Assembly: GCA_000091205.1 (NCBI GenBank)
Contig: AP006501.2
Origin: Cyanidioschyzon merolae
Lineage: Eukaryota
DNA: 64,000 nucleotides
Strand: one strand, 5' to 3'
The notes under the pieces: generated by a model
The model's input: the letters and a program-made list of their open reading frames with translations, nothing else
Database searches by the model: none
Told to the model about the DNA's origin: nothing
Translations under genes and position numbers: made by a program
Part shown: positions 1 to 11,600 of the stretch, one piece after another
Position numbering within the stretch: position 1 is the first letter of the stretch
Layout: each line of letters begins with the position of its first letter

Positions 1-8
1 TTGGCTTC

Positions 9-1142
9 TTGTTTGGAAGGGGAAAATTCGAAACGGTTTGGATCGTGTACGCCAAGGCCGTTCAAGCCTGCGAGGCGCGCTTGCAAATGCAGCGAACCGA
101 GGAACTCGGGCATGGTACTGCGACTGCAGCGAACGATCAAGTCGTTTGGAAGCGCCCAGTGCCGCCCGCGTCCTCAGACGAGACGGATCCTGTTCCAGAT
201 CGCGAACGTTCTGGACTGGCGAAACTCTCTGAACCCGCCGCGCGTCGACAGGCAGCTCTTGCAGGATTAGGTGCATCCGCTGAAACTTTCGCTCATGTTG
301 TGCTGGCTTGTGTCAAGAGTCTGCAGAAACCGGAGGCTGTCCAAGCGTACAGCGACATGCGCCTCTGTGGTTATCGTTTGAACAGCGGAGGCTACAATGC
401 CCTGGTAGAGTTGTGCTGCCGCAGCGCTGATATCGCTCGTGGGCTGGAGCTTTTCGCGGAAATGCGGCGTATTGGCCTTGAGCCAAATGTGACGGCATAT
501 ACTTTGGTCATCAGGGATATGGCGAATGTCGCCACTGATGTGCAGCGACAGCTCAACGCTATCTCGCGTGCGGATATCGCAACGCAACGCTCCGCTCTGG
601 ATGCAAAGGTGCTCCAAGAGCGGGTACAACTTCTTGTCAAGCAAGCGCTGCATTATTTTGCCGAAATGCGTTCCCGTTCCTATGCACCGAGTCGAATGCT
701 ATACAAGGCACTGGTACGCGCGTGCGCAGTGTCCGGACAGAGCAAGCGCTTAGCAGATCTCTTGCTGGAAGGGGATTCTGCAGCGCCAGCGATCGAGCAG
801 CTTGTTGCAGGTGAACTCGTGGAGTCGCTTCTTGATGAGGGACACCACGCAACCGCCGTGCAACTTGTCGAACACTTTGCTGCTCTGGGGGTGCGTCTTA
901 GTGTCATAACCTGTCGCACGCTGATTCACACGCTGTATCGTATTCGAGATGCCCAGGGCATTCTGCGTATCTGCTCGCTGATGCTGCAGCACGGCGTCGA
1001 AATCAATCATATTACGCTGCGGATGATCGAGCGTGCGTTGATGCACCATGAATTACCTCCGAATATACCAGCAGAGATTGGAGAGCGAGCCCAAATCCTC
1101 CTTAGTCGACTGAGGGCCAGTCAAGGCTATGCTCGTCCGTAA
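9..1142 (+). CDS. Pentatricopeptide-repeat (PPR)-like helical-repeat protein, probably an organellar RNA-binding factor; 5' end uncertain
   Basis: 377-codon ORF. The track start at 9 is TTG. The frame is open to the window edge and the first in-frame ATG is at 87, so the N-terminus may lie upstream of the window. Degenerate ~35-aa helix-turn-helix repeats match the PPR consensus, e.g. YNALVELCCRSADIARGLELFAEMRRIGLEPNVTAYTLVI, MLYKALVRACAVSGQSKRLADLL, ITCRTLIHTLYRIRDAQGILRICSLMLQHGVEINHITL. Confidence 0.55.
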   Translation: MFGRGKFETVWIVYAKAVQACEARLQMQRTEELGHGTATAANDQVVWKRPVPPASSDETDPVPDRERSGLAKLSEPAARRQAALAGLGASAETFAHVVLACVKSLQKPEAVQAYSDMRLCGYRLNSGGYNALVELCCRSADIARGLELFAEMRRIGLEPNVTAYTLVIRDMANVATDVQRQLNAISRADIATQRSALDAKVLQERVQLLVKQALHYFAEMRSRSYAPSRMLYKALVRACAVSGQSKRLADLLLEGDSAAPAIEQLVAGELVESLLDEGHHATAVQLVEHFAALGVRLSVITCRTLIHTLYRIRDAQGILRICSLMLQHGVEINHITLRMIERALMHHELPPNIPAEIGERAQILLSRLRASQGYARP

Positions 1143-3109
1143 ATTACCCAGAATGCCTGAAATTGTTGGTGCCCGGCACGTAGATATCGGGGTCGCGGAC
1201 GCATTCGTGGATCCATCGCCAGCTCAATGACTAGTGCTCTATACTCATTTACGATTAAAATGGAGCGGGTCCACAAACACAGGCGCGTATGCGAAAGTCG
1301 GGGCTTCTTCCAGTTTTCATCAGTATTAGCCATTTTGGGCTTTCTCTGCGGCTCCTTTCCAATCTCTGTGTTATCTTCGAGTTGAGCGTGTGCAGGTGAC
1401 CTCTGTCGTTCGAGCTCCGGTGTCCAAAGTCGAAGAACGTACACGACAACGTTCAAGTCCCGGTTTCGCTGCTTCTAGCAGTTCTCTATGCATTTCATGC
1501 AGTGGCGGATGTTGAACTCGACGCTTCGCTCCGTATTTGCACCTCCATTGTATACATCCTCGGTGCGCACTTCGCAGCGATGATATTTGGCTATGGTCAG
1601 TGTTCCTCTTCCGCGTGGTTACGCGTACCTCTTCGGCGTAGTGGCACCCCGTGACGCGTGAACGCTTGCTTCAGCGCTCGCGAAATGCCCATGACCGGCA
1701 GGGAAGGTGCTGCCTCATGTCTTGTTTTGTTCTCGTGCCCAGTGCGGTACTCCGCGAGCACAGGCTTCTCCTGGACAGTCCATGTAGCGAGGATGCTGCC
1801 CGCTGCACACATAAGTGCGTGCTGTCCCAGGTCATAGAGGAATTAAGGAATACGATATATTGCATCATGAAACAAGTACCGAAACAAAATCTAGGATGGA
1901 GAACAGCCCAAGAAATTTCCACCTGTCTATGCGCTCTCAGCGCAAATCGATGACGCAAGCTCCGCGCAAAGTCATCGCTGCGACGGCTGAATTCCGAGTC
2001 CAAGGCGCTTTTCCATGGAAACAGAAGAAACGGAACCTCTGGGAGCATATCTTGTGACGAGTGATATACTGCGCTCGAGTCCTGTTTCACCGATGGCCAC
2101 GAAGGTATGAAAATTTGCCCTGCGAACAGAGTCGATTTGACTTGACGTGAAGAATGAAGTCGACGTTCAGCATGAGCTTGTAAACCAATCGTCAAGGGAT
2201 GAGGTCCAGTTGTTTTGGTAGCCAATCCATTGGCGCCAGTTGCAACGGCCAGAAAAGCCTTGAATCGAAAGCACCGAAAAACTGAAGCATTCATGCTTTG
2301 GGCATGCCACACATAAATAAAGAAGATTGTCGAGACATGTACGTATGTGTTGCATAGTGGTGTCGATGGTTTTACCAAGGCTTGTTCAAGTGCGTCGCGA
2401 ATGATCTTCGTTCATTTGACATAAAGAATCCCAACCCAACAACCTCGAAGAAGCCATGCCCAAAAGCAGACCGAAATTCTTAGAACGACGCAAAGACTCG
2501 AAAGTCCTTGTTGCTGCGCTTCAAGTATCGAGGCTGTACATCGGAAAAAACTCCGCGTACAACCGGAACGCAGGAACGTAGCGATCAGTTGGGCATGCCA
2601 TTCTAATCTGACACGACAGGAAATAGATGAAAACGGCGCTTTACGCAAACTGACCACAGCACGCGCGCTACGGAGCAGTCTTGTTGAATCCACCGATCCG
2701 ACATCCCGCGAAAGAATGCTCGGTGAATGGGGTTCGCACACACGCGCCATCCAGGCGCCCTGCGCAAACCGGCAGCAACAGTTGAACGCCTTGAGGCTTC
2801 GCGGACGAAACCGCGATACAACAAGCGAGCCGACACTACCGGATGCAGAGTCGCGCTTGTGGCGCTGCCCAGACAAGCCAGACGCCCTCTGATGCGTCTC
2901 GGGAGAGCGCCTGCGCTTCTTTCGGACCGAAAGGAACACATTCCATGCGTCCAGCAACGTTACTGAGGTTCTTTCCGCACCGACCAGGGGCTCTGGATTA
3001 CTCGTAGTCGTCTGTTCTCCTAGATGCTCGCAGAATACGCCATCCCTGTCGATTCCTTACGTGTCCAGAAGGCGAGCAATCCAGTACCTAGACGTCAAGC
3101 TCAAGTCGT

Positions 3110-4414
3110 TCAGGCATCGTCGTGATCGTTTGCGAAGGAGAGAACCCCGAAAAGAATGAAGAGAATGCCCCCACAAAGCGCAATAAAGCGCTCAGGAATC
3201 TTGTGCGCTACCAGACGCCCGCCGACTACCGCTAAACCCGTACAGAGCAGATGACCCAATACCGCTCCGAGCACAACGCCGTGGATATTTCGATGGGCGG
3301 CAAGAGCGATGGTTGCGATTTGACTGCGGTCGCCCCATTCAGCTAAAAAGGTCAGCGTAAACGCCCGTAAGAACAAGGGTGAAAAGCACAGTTGCGCCAG
3401 TGTCTCTATCACGCGGATTTTGTCGCGAGCAATATTCAGCCAGGTCGAAGGGCCCGGCATTGAGCTCTGCTCTGTTCGCGTCCCTGCGTCGGGCAACGGA
3501 CGTCCATCGTCGCCTGGTGTCCAGCTCGGGCGCTCTCGATCCCGTGAAAGCTTCTCTTCGAGCGCCTGGAGGTCGAACTCGCTTCCATTGGCGCCCTCGG
3601 CAGCGACTTCACAAGTCGTGCTTCCATCGTTCGATTCAGTATCGATTTCTCCTCCGGCACGGTTCCGTTTCTGACAAAGCCGCCAATAATCCCGTAGCAT
3701 CTGTACGCCAAAATAGACGAAAAGGACACCAGCCAGAATACTCGTATACTGAGGCGAGAACAGGGTGGGAAACGTGCGCCCGAGCAGCGCAGACAAAACC
3801 GTCATAATGACGAGCGCGCCCAGCGCACCCTGCAGAACAGTGAAACGGGAGTGGCGCGCAGCCAGCACCGCTGCAATGAAGAAAGTTTTGTCACCAAGCT
3901 CCGTCACTAGAATCATCCCCAGCGACTGGTAGGTAGCTACAGAAAAAGAGCGCGCTTTCAGCTCTTTCAGAACCGACCTGCCATGAGCGTGTTGCTCTCG
4001 TTTGGCAAGCGTTATATGCACCCCGCTCTTCCTCGTTAAAGTATCCGCAGTCTGCACGGGATCCTGCATATCGTTTCTTGCCCGAACCGAGGCGCCAGAC
4101 TCAGAGGCGCTGCCCCCGGCCGCAGTGTTTTGTGGAGCTGCCTCCACATTCAGCAAACAGACAAGTGTCAGAGCACAGATCAAAAGCCCAGCCAGGATCA
4201 AGCGATAATTGCAGGTGCGCTCTAGGACGCTGGCTGCTGGTCTCTTGCGTACACGACCCGAACTTGGTTGTGGATCGAGATACCCGCCCGGGCGCAAGTG
4301 CTCGCCGCAGCAACGAGAAGCGAGCTGCTTGTTCGCTTCAGACGTAGCGAACGAGTCCCGGTTCAGCAGCTCGTTCCCGCTGCACAGCTTTGCTCGTGCA
4401 GTGCACCGTGTCAT
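3110..4414 (-). CDS. GDT1/TMEM165 (UPF0016) family Ca2+/Mn2+:H+ antiporter-like membrane protein
   Basis: ATG at 4414 checked (plus-strand cat). Two internal repeats each carry the family signature E-x-G-D-(K/R)-(T/S): ELGDKTFFIAAVLAARH... and AEWGDRSQIATIALAAHRN..., each followed by hydrophobic helices. A long low-complexity N-terminal region precedes a predicted signal/anchor helix (LILAGLLICALTLVCLL). Confidence 0.8.
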   Translation of the reverse strand: MTRCTARAKLCSGNELLNRDSFATSEANKQLASRCCGEHLRPGGYLDPQPSSGRVRKRPAASVLERTCNYRLILAGLLICALTLVCLLNVEAAPQNTAAGGSASESGASVRARNDMQDPVQTADTLTRKSGVHITLAKREQHAHGRSVLKELKARSFSVATYQSLGMILVTELGDKTFFIAAVLAARHSRFTVLQGALGALVIMTVLSALLGRTFPTLFSPQYTSILAGVLFVYFGVQMLRDYWRLCQKRNRAGGEIDTESNDGSTTCEVAAEGANGSEFDLQALEEKLSRDRERPSWTPGDDGRPLPDAGTRTEQSSMPGPSTWLNIARDKIRVIETLAQLCFSPLFLRAFTLTFLAEWGDRSQIATIALAAHRNIHGVVLGAVLGHLLCTGLAVVGGRLVAHKIPERFIALCGGILFILFGVLSFANDHDDA

Positions 4415-6102
4415 GGGCGAGCGCAGGTCACCACAACCGTAACTGCAGACGACAGCGCCTCAACCTTTGCCTCAACTCGGCAGACCGGACGTCGGATCCC
4501 TGTCGTTCTGCTGTGCACGGGCGATACGCTGCAACGGACTTGCGGATGCGCTGACGGACGAATCGGACACCCAGATCAGGTCGATACAGCGTCATTCTGT
4601 GTCACATTGTGTCACTATATATCAGTGCGTAAGGCTACATGGCGCGATGTTTCTATGTAGTTCGCTTGATCATGTTATGTACTAATAAATACCATTTTGT
4701 TCCTGGTGGGATGCGCGGCTGGCGCTCTGTTCACTGCGCGCCACGTCTTCACGAAGCAGATACTACGCATGCCGTCTTCGACTAGACAGTACTGGATACT
4801 GTGAAAGCGTACGGATCCGATTTATTTTGTTTGACAAAACGCTGCCGTATATAATGGATCCCAGATAGCGGGATCGATATTGGTAATCGAGAAAGCGTTC
4901 ATCATGATGCACTCTACTTCCAAGTTACATTTCCAATGCTTCCTTCCAGGTACACGAGTCGTTTTGTACGTTCTGTCGTGCACCTAACCTGCCTTACTGC
5001 GTTCGCAATAGCTGCTAGACCGCTGGTGCGGATGCAGCACGGAGACGGAACGGCTATGCCATAGCAATGAGGGTGTCGGCTCGAAGCCTGGTTCACCTGA
5101 TACGGGGTTGGGGTTCATGATCATTCTGGGAGCTTGGAAACTGTGCGGACAGACCTAATGCCCGCATCAGCGCGAAGCGATATACCATCAGGCCACTGCA
5201 GTCGGGGCGACAACCGGATGCATTCTTCCCGCTCCTAATCCCAGAATAATCTGCGTCTCAAACGAGTTGTCCATGGATGGTCACAGCACCCGTCATAGGG
5301 TGGAGCGTACAGCACGAGCCGCACAGACCCGTCCAGCTCACGCGACCTTCCGCGTAGAAGGTGGGCTTTGGGAAACACGGAACAGTGTTCCCACTCCCAA
5401 CGCTCACCGTAGACGAGGAACGATGTTGCTATTTCGTTGCTACCCAGTGATTAGTTTCTGTTCTTTCGACACAGTTACAGCTAGTAAGTCGTTCGTTTCT
5501 GTAGTTTTATGCGCTCGCCCATAGAAAAGAGCAACCGCACTGATCCGATGCTTGGGGTAGCCACGTGCCTGCTGCATGGGTCAACCTTTTCCGTGCAGCG
5601 GATCCATACCGGGCATACAAAAGTCCTGGCGTGACTGAATCGAGACCAAGTCTCGTTTTTTTACATACTGGTATGGAAGATATTGTTGGCTGCGTTCGGA
5701 TGTGTCAATGCTGCGAGTAACTGGGCTAGGAACTCGCCATCAGCTGATCATCCCATAGATCCCAAACTGAAATCCATTGGTATGCGGCGAATCTGCCTGC
5801 ATGACCGGTGACGGAGAACGTAGTCGCCGACCTCGATGCCCGCCAAGACGCTCACGCTGGAACGAGCGTGGTATCCTCTAAAGCTGGCGGCAAGCGGTTC
5901 TTTCGGGCAAGCCCCGCCACAAGTTGCGATCAGCCTCAGCGCAGTGCCTGTATCCAGTCGTGAGAGTCGGTTCCGAAGTACCACTCGCTCGCAGTAACCC
6001 GAAACTGAGTGCACCTTCACCAGAACAGGAAACTTGTAAAAGTTGCTGAGTTTCGAACAGCGAGCAACGTGAAACGCAGCGCAGCCGAATAGGTGCATGT
6101 GC

Positions 6103-6119
6103 CACACACACACACACAC
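6103..6119. repeat. (CA)8 dinucleotide microsatellite, intergenic
   Basis: cacacacacacacacac read directly at 6103-6119. Confidence 0.7.
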
Positions 6120-6478
6120 GTGCAGAGTCGTTGATCGAAGATTTGGAAGCGTTGCGCTCCTCTCGCTCGATGTCTTGCCTTCCTAGAAGTGTATCAAGCA
6201 TGCCCCACCGCCATCATCCGACGCATGGAGCCATTGTTCGAGACGCAGCGTGGCAGCGCTGAGCCCTTTCGGCAAATGCCGCGCAGCTGGAGGCAAGTTT
6301 GTTTGCCAATCACCAACAAGCTACAGCGACGCACCACGAACGAGGTCTCGTCATTGCGATAACAGTCCCTGCAGATAGATGCTCGATTGGTTCCGTCGTC
6401 ATTCCTCGCAGCAACCAGGCTCCAGCATGATCTGGCGAGCCCCACGGGCAGCGTACCGTGTCGAATGTGGTCGCAGCA

Positions 6479-7897
6479 TTAGTCGATCTCGTCCCAGAGG
6501 TCCGGGCTCGCGTCGACATCTACCCATTGCCGCTGAACGCGTTCGGCGAATACGGTGGCCAAATACTCGCCCGGGTGACCATACAATTCACCGGTATTCG
6601 CCTTGCCCCAACTGAGAATAAATTCCGGATACTTGTCCGGCAAACCGGCATTTTCGCGCTGACGCCGCATGAGCTCCAGGTAGGGGTTCACAGAAACCAA
6701 ACAGTAACCTTCAGCGCGCAACTTTGACGGGAACCGCAACCGCAGCCGCTCTTCGAGCCTCCTCGGGACAAAGTCGCCAACCAGATAAACATAGTTTCCT
6801 CCGAAATACCGAACGACTGTTTTTGGAGTCCCCAAACACAGCAGAATCTCAGGTTTGAGAAAGCGATCGCGCTGGATATCGGGAATTCGCGGTCCCCGAA
6901 GCACATCCCAACCAGACGGTACATCGACACTGATCAGCGGCAGTTGCGACTCCGATAGCGTCTGAATGAGCGGCTGGAACGCTGCCGCTGCGGCTTCTAG
7001 ACCCCCGATGGGATCACTCCAAGTTGCGTCGGGGGTCGTAGCACCGGCATCGCCCAGTTTTTCAGATCCGTACAAATCCATATCAGCGCCAACGAGCGCA
7101 TCGATAACCAGGTCGAAGTAGAAGTCGAGTGTGCGCGGTACAAAGCCCAGCGTGTCAACACCGACACCGCGGGCGTTCGCCAGCCCGGTTTCCCGTCTCG
7201 CTGGAACCTGCCACAATTCTCGCTGGGCGGAGAACCATTGCTCATCCTCTTTGGAGAGCGAGACGCTAAACCACGGAGCACTCGGATCAAAGTCTGCTAT
7301 CAAACACACCGCATGGCCAGCGCGAGCGAGTGCAGATGCCAACTCAATACCGTAGAGTCCAGTGAGCCACGGGCCAGCACATACGAGGATGCGCATTTTG
7401 CGGGTCCCAGCAAAGCGTTCTATAACGGGCAACGTTCCTTCACACAGCTTTTCGAGGAGTGCATCTAACGAAATTTGACTTGGGACCAGTTCACGCAGGA
7501 TGAGGCTGTGCTCTAAACGCGTAAGCGATCGCGGCAAAGCATCAACCACAGTACCTGGGGAGCCTTGCTTGAAATGCAGCTGACGAGGTTCCAGTCGGGC
7601 TGCGACCTCTGCGAACCCATCCGGCTCTCCACCGCTGACATCGTCTATGTTTTCAGGCGCTGCCCGAGCATAGACGCCAATAGCTCGTTTCTGCACCAGG
7701 GGCACTGCGGGTGTGTCGGAAACTCGCCGCTGCAGTTTGTGGAGGCAGGCACCACGTCTCTTGTTTGTCAGGTGGCGCTGTGCCTCTCGCACTGCCCGTT
7801 TCCAGCGTGTAGTTGCAGAGCTACGAACCCTGCAGGCGTCGCTGTTGATACGCAGCTGCCGCTGCGTGGAGCTTCCGTCCCCCTGAACGCTGAACAT
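6479..7897 (-). CDS. YjeF-N domain protein (NAD(P)H-hydrate epimerase/AIBP-like fold; possibly a non-catalytic EDC3-like member)
   Basis: The track ORF 6479..8032 starts at GTG. The first in-frame ATG is at 7897 (checked), giving 472 aa. The C-terminal half matches the YjeF-N family: ISVDVPSGWDV (cf. IDIPSGWDV), LLCLGTPKTVVRYFGGNYVYLVGDFVPRRLEERLRLRFP (cf. [39 protein letters not shown]), DLVIDALVGADMDL. The canonical GNNGGDG loop is replaced by GPWLTGLYG. Confidence 0.65.
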   Translation of the reverse strand: MFSVQGDGSSTQRQLRINSDACRVRSSATTRWKRAVREAQRHLTNKRRGACLHKLQRRVSDTPAVPLVQKRAIGVYARAAPENIDDVSGGEPDGFAEVAARLEPRQLHFKQGSPGTVVDALPRSLTRLEHSLILRELVPSQISLDALLEKLCEGTLPVIERFAGTRKMRILVCAGPWLTGLYGIELASALARAGHAVCLIADFDPSAPWFSVSLSKEDEQWFSAQRELWQVPARRETGLANARGVGVDTLGFVPRTLDFYFDLVIDALVGADMDLYGSEKLGDAGATTPDATWSDPIGGLEAAAAAFQPLIQTLSESQLPLISVDVPSGWDVLRGPRIPDIQRDRFLKPEILLCLGTPKTVVRYFGGNYVYLVGDFVPRRLEERLRLRFPSKLRAEGYCLVSVNPYLELMRRQRENAGLPDKYPEFILSWGKANTGELYGHPGEYLATVFAERVQRQWVDVDASPDLWDEID

Positions 7898-8625
7898 CAG
7901 CCTTTGCAGTCGTCGTGCGTAACGCAAACGCAGCTGCGTATCCTGGGACGAGTCGCTGGTCACTCCAGCGTCACTCAGATGCAAACACGACGAACAGAGG
8001 CTTTCCTGAAGATACCCAGCAAACTCGCCCACAGACCCGAGTAAACGTCGGGCGCGCTTCGCGTCCCGCCTCGGAGTCGGCTCTCGGAGCGACCCGCCTC
8101 ACTCGATTGAAACCCCAGACGCGACGAGAGGAAAGATTTCGAGCCTCCACTTGACTGGGCTTTAGGCAAAACGACTAGTGAAGACGCTTGAACGCGATGC
8201 TCCTGAACGTTTCGAAAACCGGGAGCCTCCCTGGCACAGGAGCGCGTTTCTGGCGCTGGGGAGCGCGAGTCGTTTGACAGCCTCCGGTGACGTCTCGAGT
8301 CGTGGCAAACCCGGTGCGTCAATTCCAGTACCAAGCTTCACTGGAAACTGTGGAATCCTAAAAGTTTCTGATCCCGCCAGACTGACTATCTCATAACGAT
8401 TTCTGCACTAACCCAGGAACAAAGGACCTCTAGCACGGGTTGTCTTGAAGCAGGTTTGACCGTTGCCGCGGCAGCAACGCGAGTACAAGCGTCTCGAGCT
8501 CCATCTCGAGTGGCGGTTGGCGTTCGGGGATCCCGCGGTGAGCCTTTCCCAGCATAGGATGTATCTACAATATATCCAGCCCATGAAATCAATATAAAGT
8601 CTCGATTATTTATTATTAGAATAAG

Positions 8626-11600
8626 ATGAGTGCCTCTTTATCGCGGAAAAGAGCGCACACTGCTGCAGCGCTCGCTTCTGCAGGGGAAGTTTCGGTGAAA
8701 CGAGCAGCTGCGTTTGAATCTTTCGGCGATTACATGGCGGTGAAGGAGCATAAACTACGTGAACAGCAACGAAAAGATGCACAAGCTGCAACGGGGTGTC
8801 AAAACCTCGATAGTGGTCCGATGAGAGGGGTCTGCATCTGGGTGGACGGTCGCACGGATCCACCACGTGAGGTCCTGCGCACCCTCATCACCCGTGCGGG
8901 TGGACGTTTCGAGACCTACCTGCACCGCGACTTGGTAACGCACGTAGTCGCTACGCACTTTGCAAAAGGCCGAGCAAAGGAGCTTCGCAGAGCCGCTCAA
9001 AAGCTCGGTGGCGGTGCTGGTCGCGCGTTGAACGTCGTCTCGCCCGCCTGGGTTGTCGATAGCGTCCGAGCAGGGCGACCGCTACCAGAATGGAAGTACA
9101 GCGTTGACGACGTCAGCAGAGACGCTCAACAAACGACGCTACCTGGTCAGACACTGCGATCGATCGATGCACTAGTACGATGCGAAACGAACGTAGCATC
9201 GCACGTGTCGGCTGCAACAACACAGAAGCAGCAGCGCGAAACGACTGTCGATCCGAGCGGTGCGCTGAAAGCGGATGAAGTTCCATCTTCACCTCTGAAT
9301 ACTAGACTGGATCAGGTTGCGTACCCGGCCAATCATGAAGAGAGTTTCCCACATCTGGGTGAACTGGCGCTGCCAGAGACAACCATGCGCGGCTTGCGCT
9401 CGAGCCGAGAGACTCCTAACTTTGTCCGCGAATTCTTTGCACAGTCACGGCTTCATCTGATTGGCTCTTTCCGAGAAACTTACGAAGGAATTTTACGCAA
9501 ACTTCAACGAGATTTGCATTCGATAGTGGCCGATGCACCGCGGACCCTACCCCATAGCTCTTGTTTTGTCCTCCACGTGGATATGGACGCTTTTTTTGTG
9601 TCCGTTTCTCTGGCGAAATACCCGCATTTGCGCGGGAAACCAGTAGCTGTATGTCACTCGGGCTCTGGAGAACACAGTCGTGCAGAGATTTCGTCTGCTT
9701 CGTACGAGGCTCGCGCTCGGGGTGTTCGCGCGAATATGTTCTTTGGTGAAGCGCTGCGCCGCTGTCCCGACCTGGTGATGATTCCGTACGACTTTGCTGC
9801 ATACAAGGAAGCCTGTGAGCGATTGTATCGAATCCTCTTCACGGAAGCTGATGTTGTGGAAGGCGTGAGCATTGACGAAGCCTATCTATTGCTGCAGCAC
9901 TGCGAAAACGTCACGCAGGCGGAGGCGATGGCAGCCCGAATCCGCCAGCGCATAGTCACTGAAATTGAAGGTTGCACAGCGTCCATTGGCATCGGAAGAA
10001 ACAAACTTTTCGCTCGCTTAGCGACCAAGCACGGAAAAGAGAAACTCGGTCAGGGTTCTCAGTTCGTGCTCGTTGATCGAGCGCACCCGCTGGGGTTCGG
10101 AACACCAATGGGTGCAGACCTGCGCTCCTTTCTCGACGAATTGCCGGTGAGGTTCGTGTCCGGGGTCGGCTGGAGCACAGAGGAACGGCTCAGGGCAGCC
10201 GTCGAAGCTGTTGCACCCGAATCGCTGCAAGCGCAACAGCCTTTGAAGGTTGGCACCGTTCGTGCACACCTGACTCTGTCGATGTTCGAGAAATCGCTGG
10301 GCGCTGTTAACGGCAATCGAATCTATCGCCTTCTTCATGGAGAGGATCCGCGTCCGGTTCAACCTATGGGACCGCGCAAGTCTGTCAGTGCCCAGATTGG
10401 CTGGGGTGTACGATTCCTGGCCACGGAGGAGGACAAGGTGCGCAAGTTTATGACTGACCTTGCTCTGGTAGTAGCGGAACGATTACGAGAAGCGCGTATC
10501 GCTCGCTGCAGTGTGGTCACTGTCACCGCACTTCGTCGTCAAACTGGCGCAGGTATGCCCTACAAACCGCTCGGGCACGGGCTATGTGATGAGTTCTCCG
10601 CAACGAGCCCCGTAGAATGGTATGTTTGTGCAGGCGATCCATGTCTGCAGTCGAAAGTGGATGCCGATTTTGCAGACATTGTCTGGAACCTCTACCAGGG
10701 CCTGCAAATAGCACCTGATGCCCTGCGCGGTGCTGGCGTGCACGCCCGCAAACTCGTAGAAGTGCCCGCTCACTCTGGAATCGTACAGCCGGCCTGTGCT
10801 TCGGGCAAAGATGGACCGCTGTCGAATGTGCCGCAACAGTTGCCGCTACCTGCTGCCTGGCGATCGCGTTCATCGACAAACGCAGCGGATATGAGCTGTG
10901 CAGATGCTGCGGACAAGCAGCAGCCTCCGCCTCCGCCTCCGCCTCCACGAACGATTCCATTGGCGATGCCCGCGGCAGTGACTCCACGCGACCGCAAGCG
11001 CTCTCTTGCTTCGTTGCCTTCGAATGCAGTATCGATGCGCAGCACTCGCCGGACCCCGGCATCTTCCGGTGCTTTTCATATCGCTGACGCAGCGTCGGCT
11101 GATAAAGCCGGAAACTCAAAAGAAGGGCAGAAACTTTTCAAACAAGCCCATGGTGGCGAATGGAACGAGGCGACAGGGATCAGGAACACGCGGCCGCCGA
11201 CCCCGCCTGATGTCGATCAAGAAGTATGGCATGCTTTACCGATAGAGGTGACCCGTCAAGTCTGGAAAGAGAATCTCGCTCAGGAGCAGCTACGTCGATG
11301 GAAGCTGCATCGTTCACGTCATGCAAACGGCGTTCTGGATCCCACGGTGCCTATGTTTCAACCTTCATTGCCGCTGTTTTCAGAAATAAGATCTAGACAA
11401 GTCGCGCTCAACGGGGCAGTGCTGTACGCTCGAGATCTCCAGAGCTTCTGGCGCACCACGAAACCCGTCCGAACAGCTGAACGCCCCAGTGGTAAGACCT
11501 ACGGGTTCGAGGACCGTTTGCGCGGGCGTGTTCCAACGGTAGCAGCAGCAGCAGCAGCAGCATCTGTAGCAACTGCAACGGAACCGATGCTATCACTGGC

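Noticed and set aside
1671-2378. 235-aa minus-strand ORF in the AT-richer convergent intergenic region between the PPR and GDT1 genes
   Set aside because: Composition is skewed (Cys/Phe/Ser-rich), it has no recognisable motifs, and out-of-frame ORFs overlap it on both strands. Most likely 3'-UTR or intergenic sequence.
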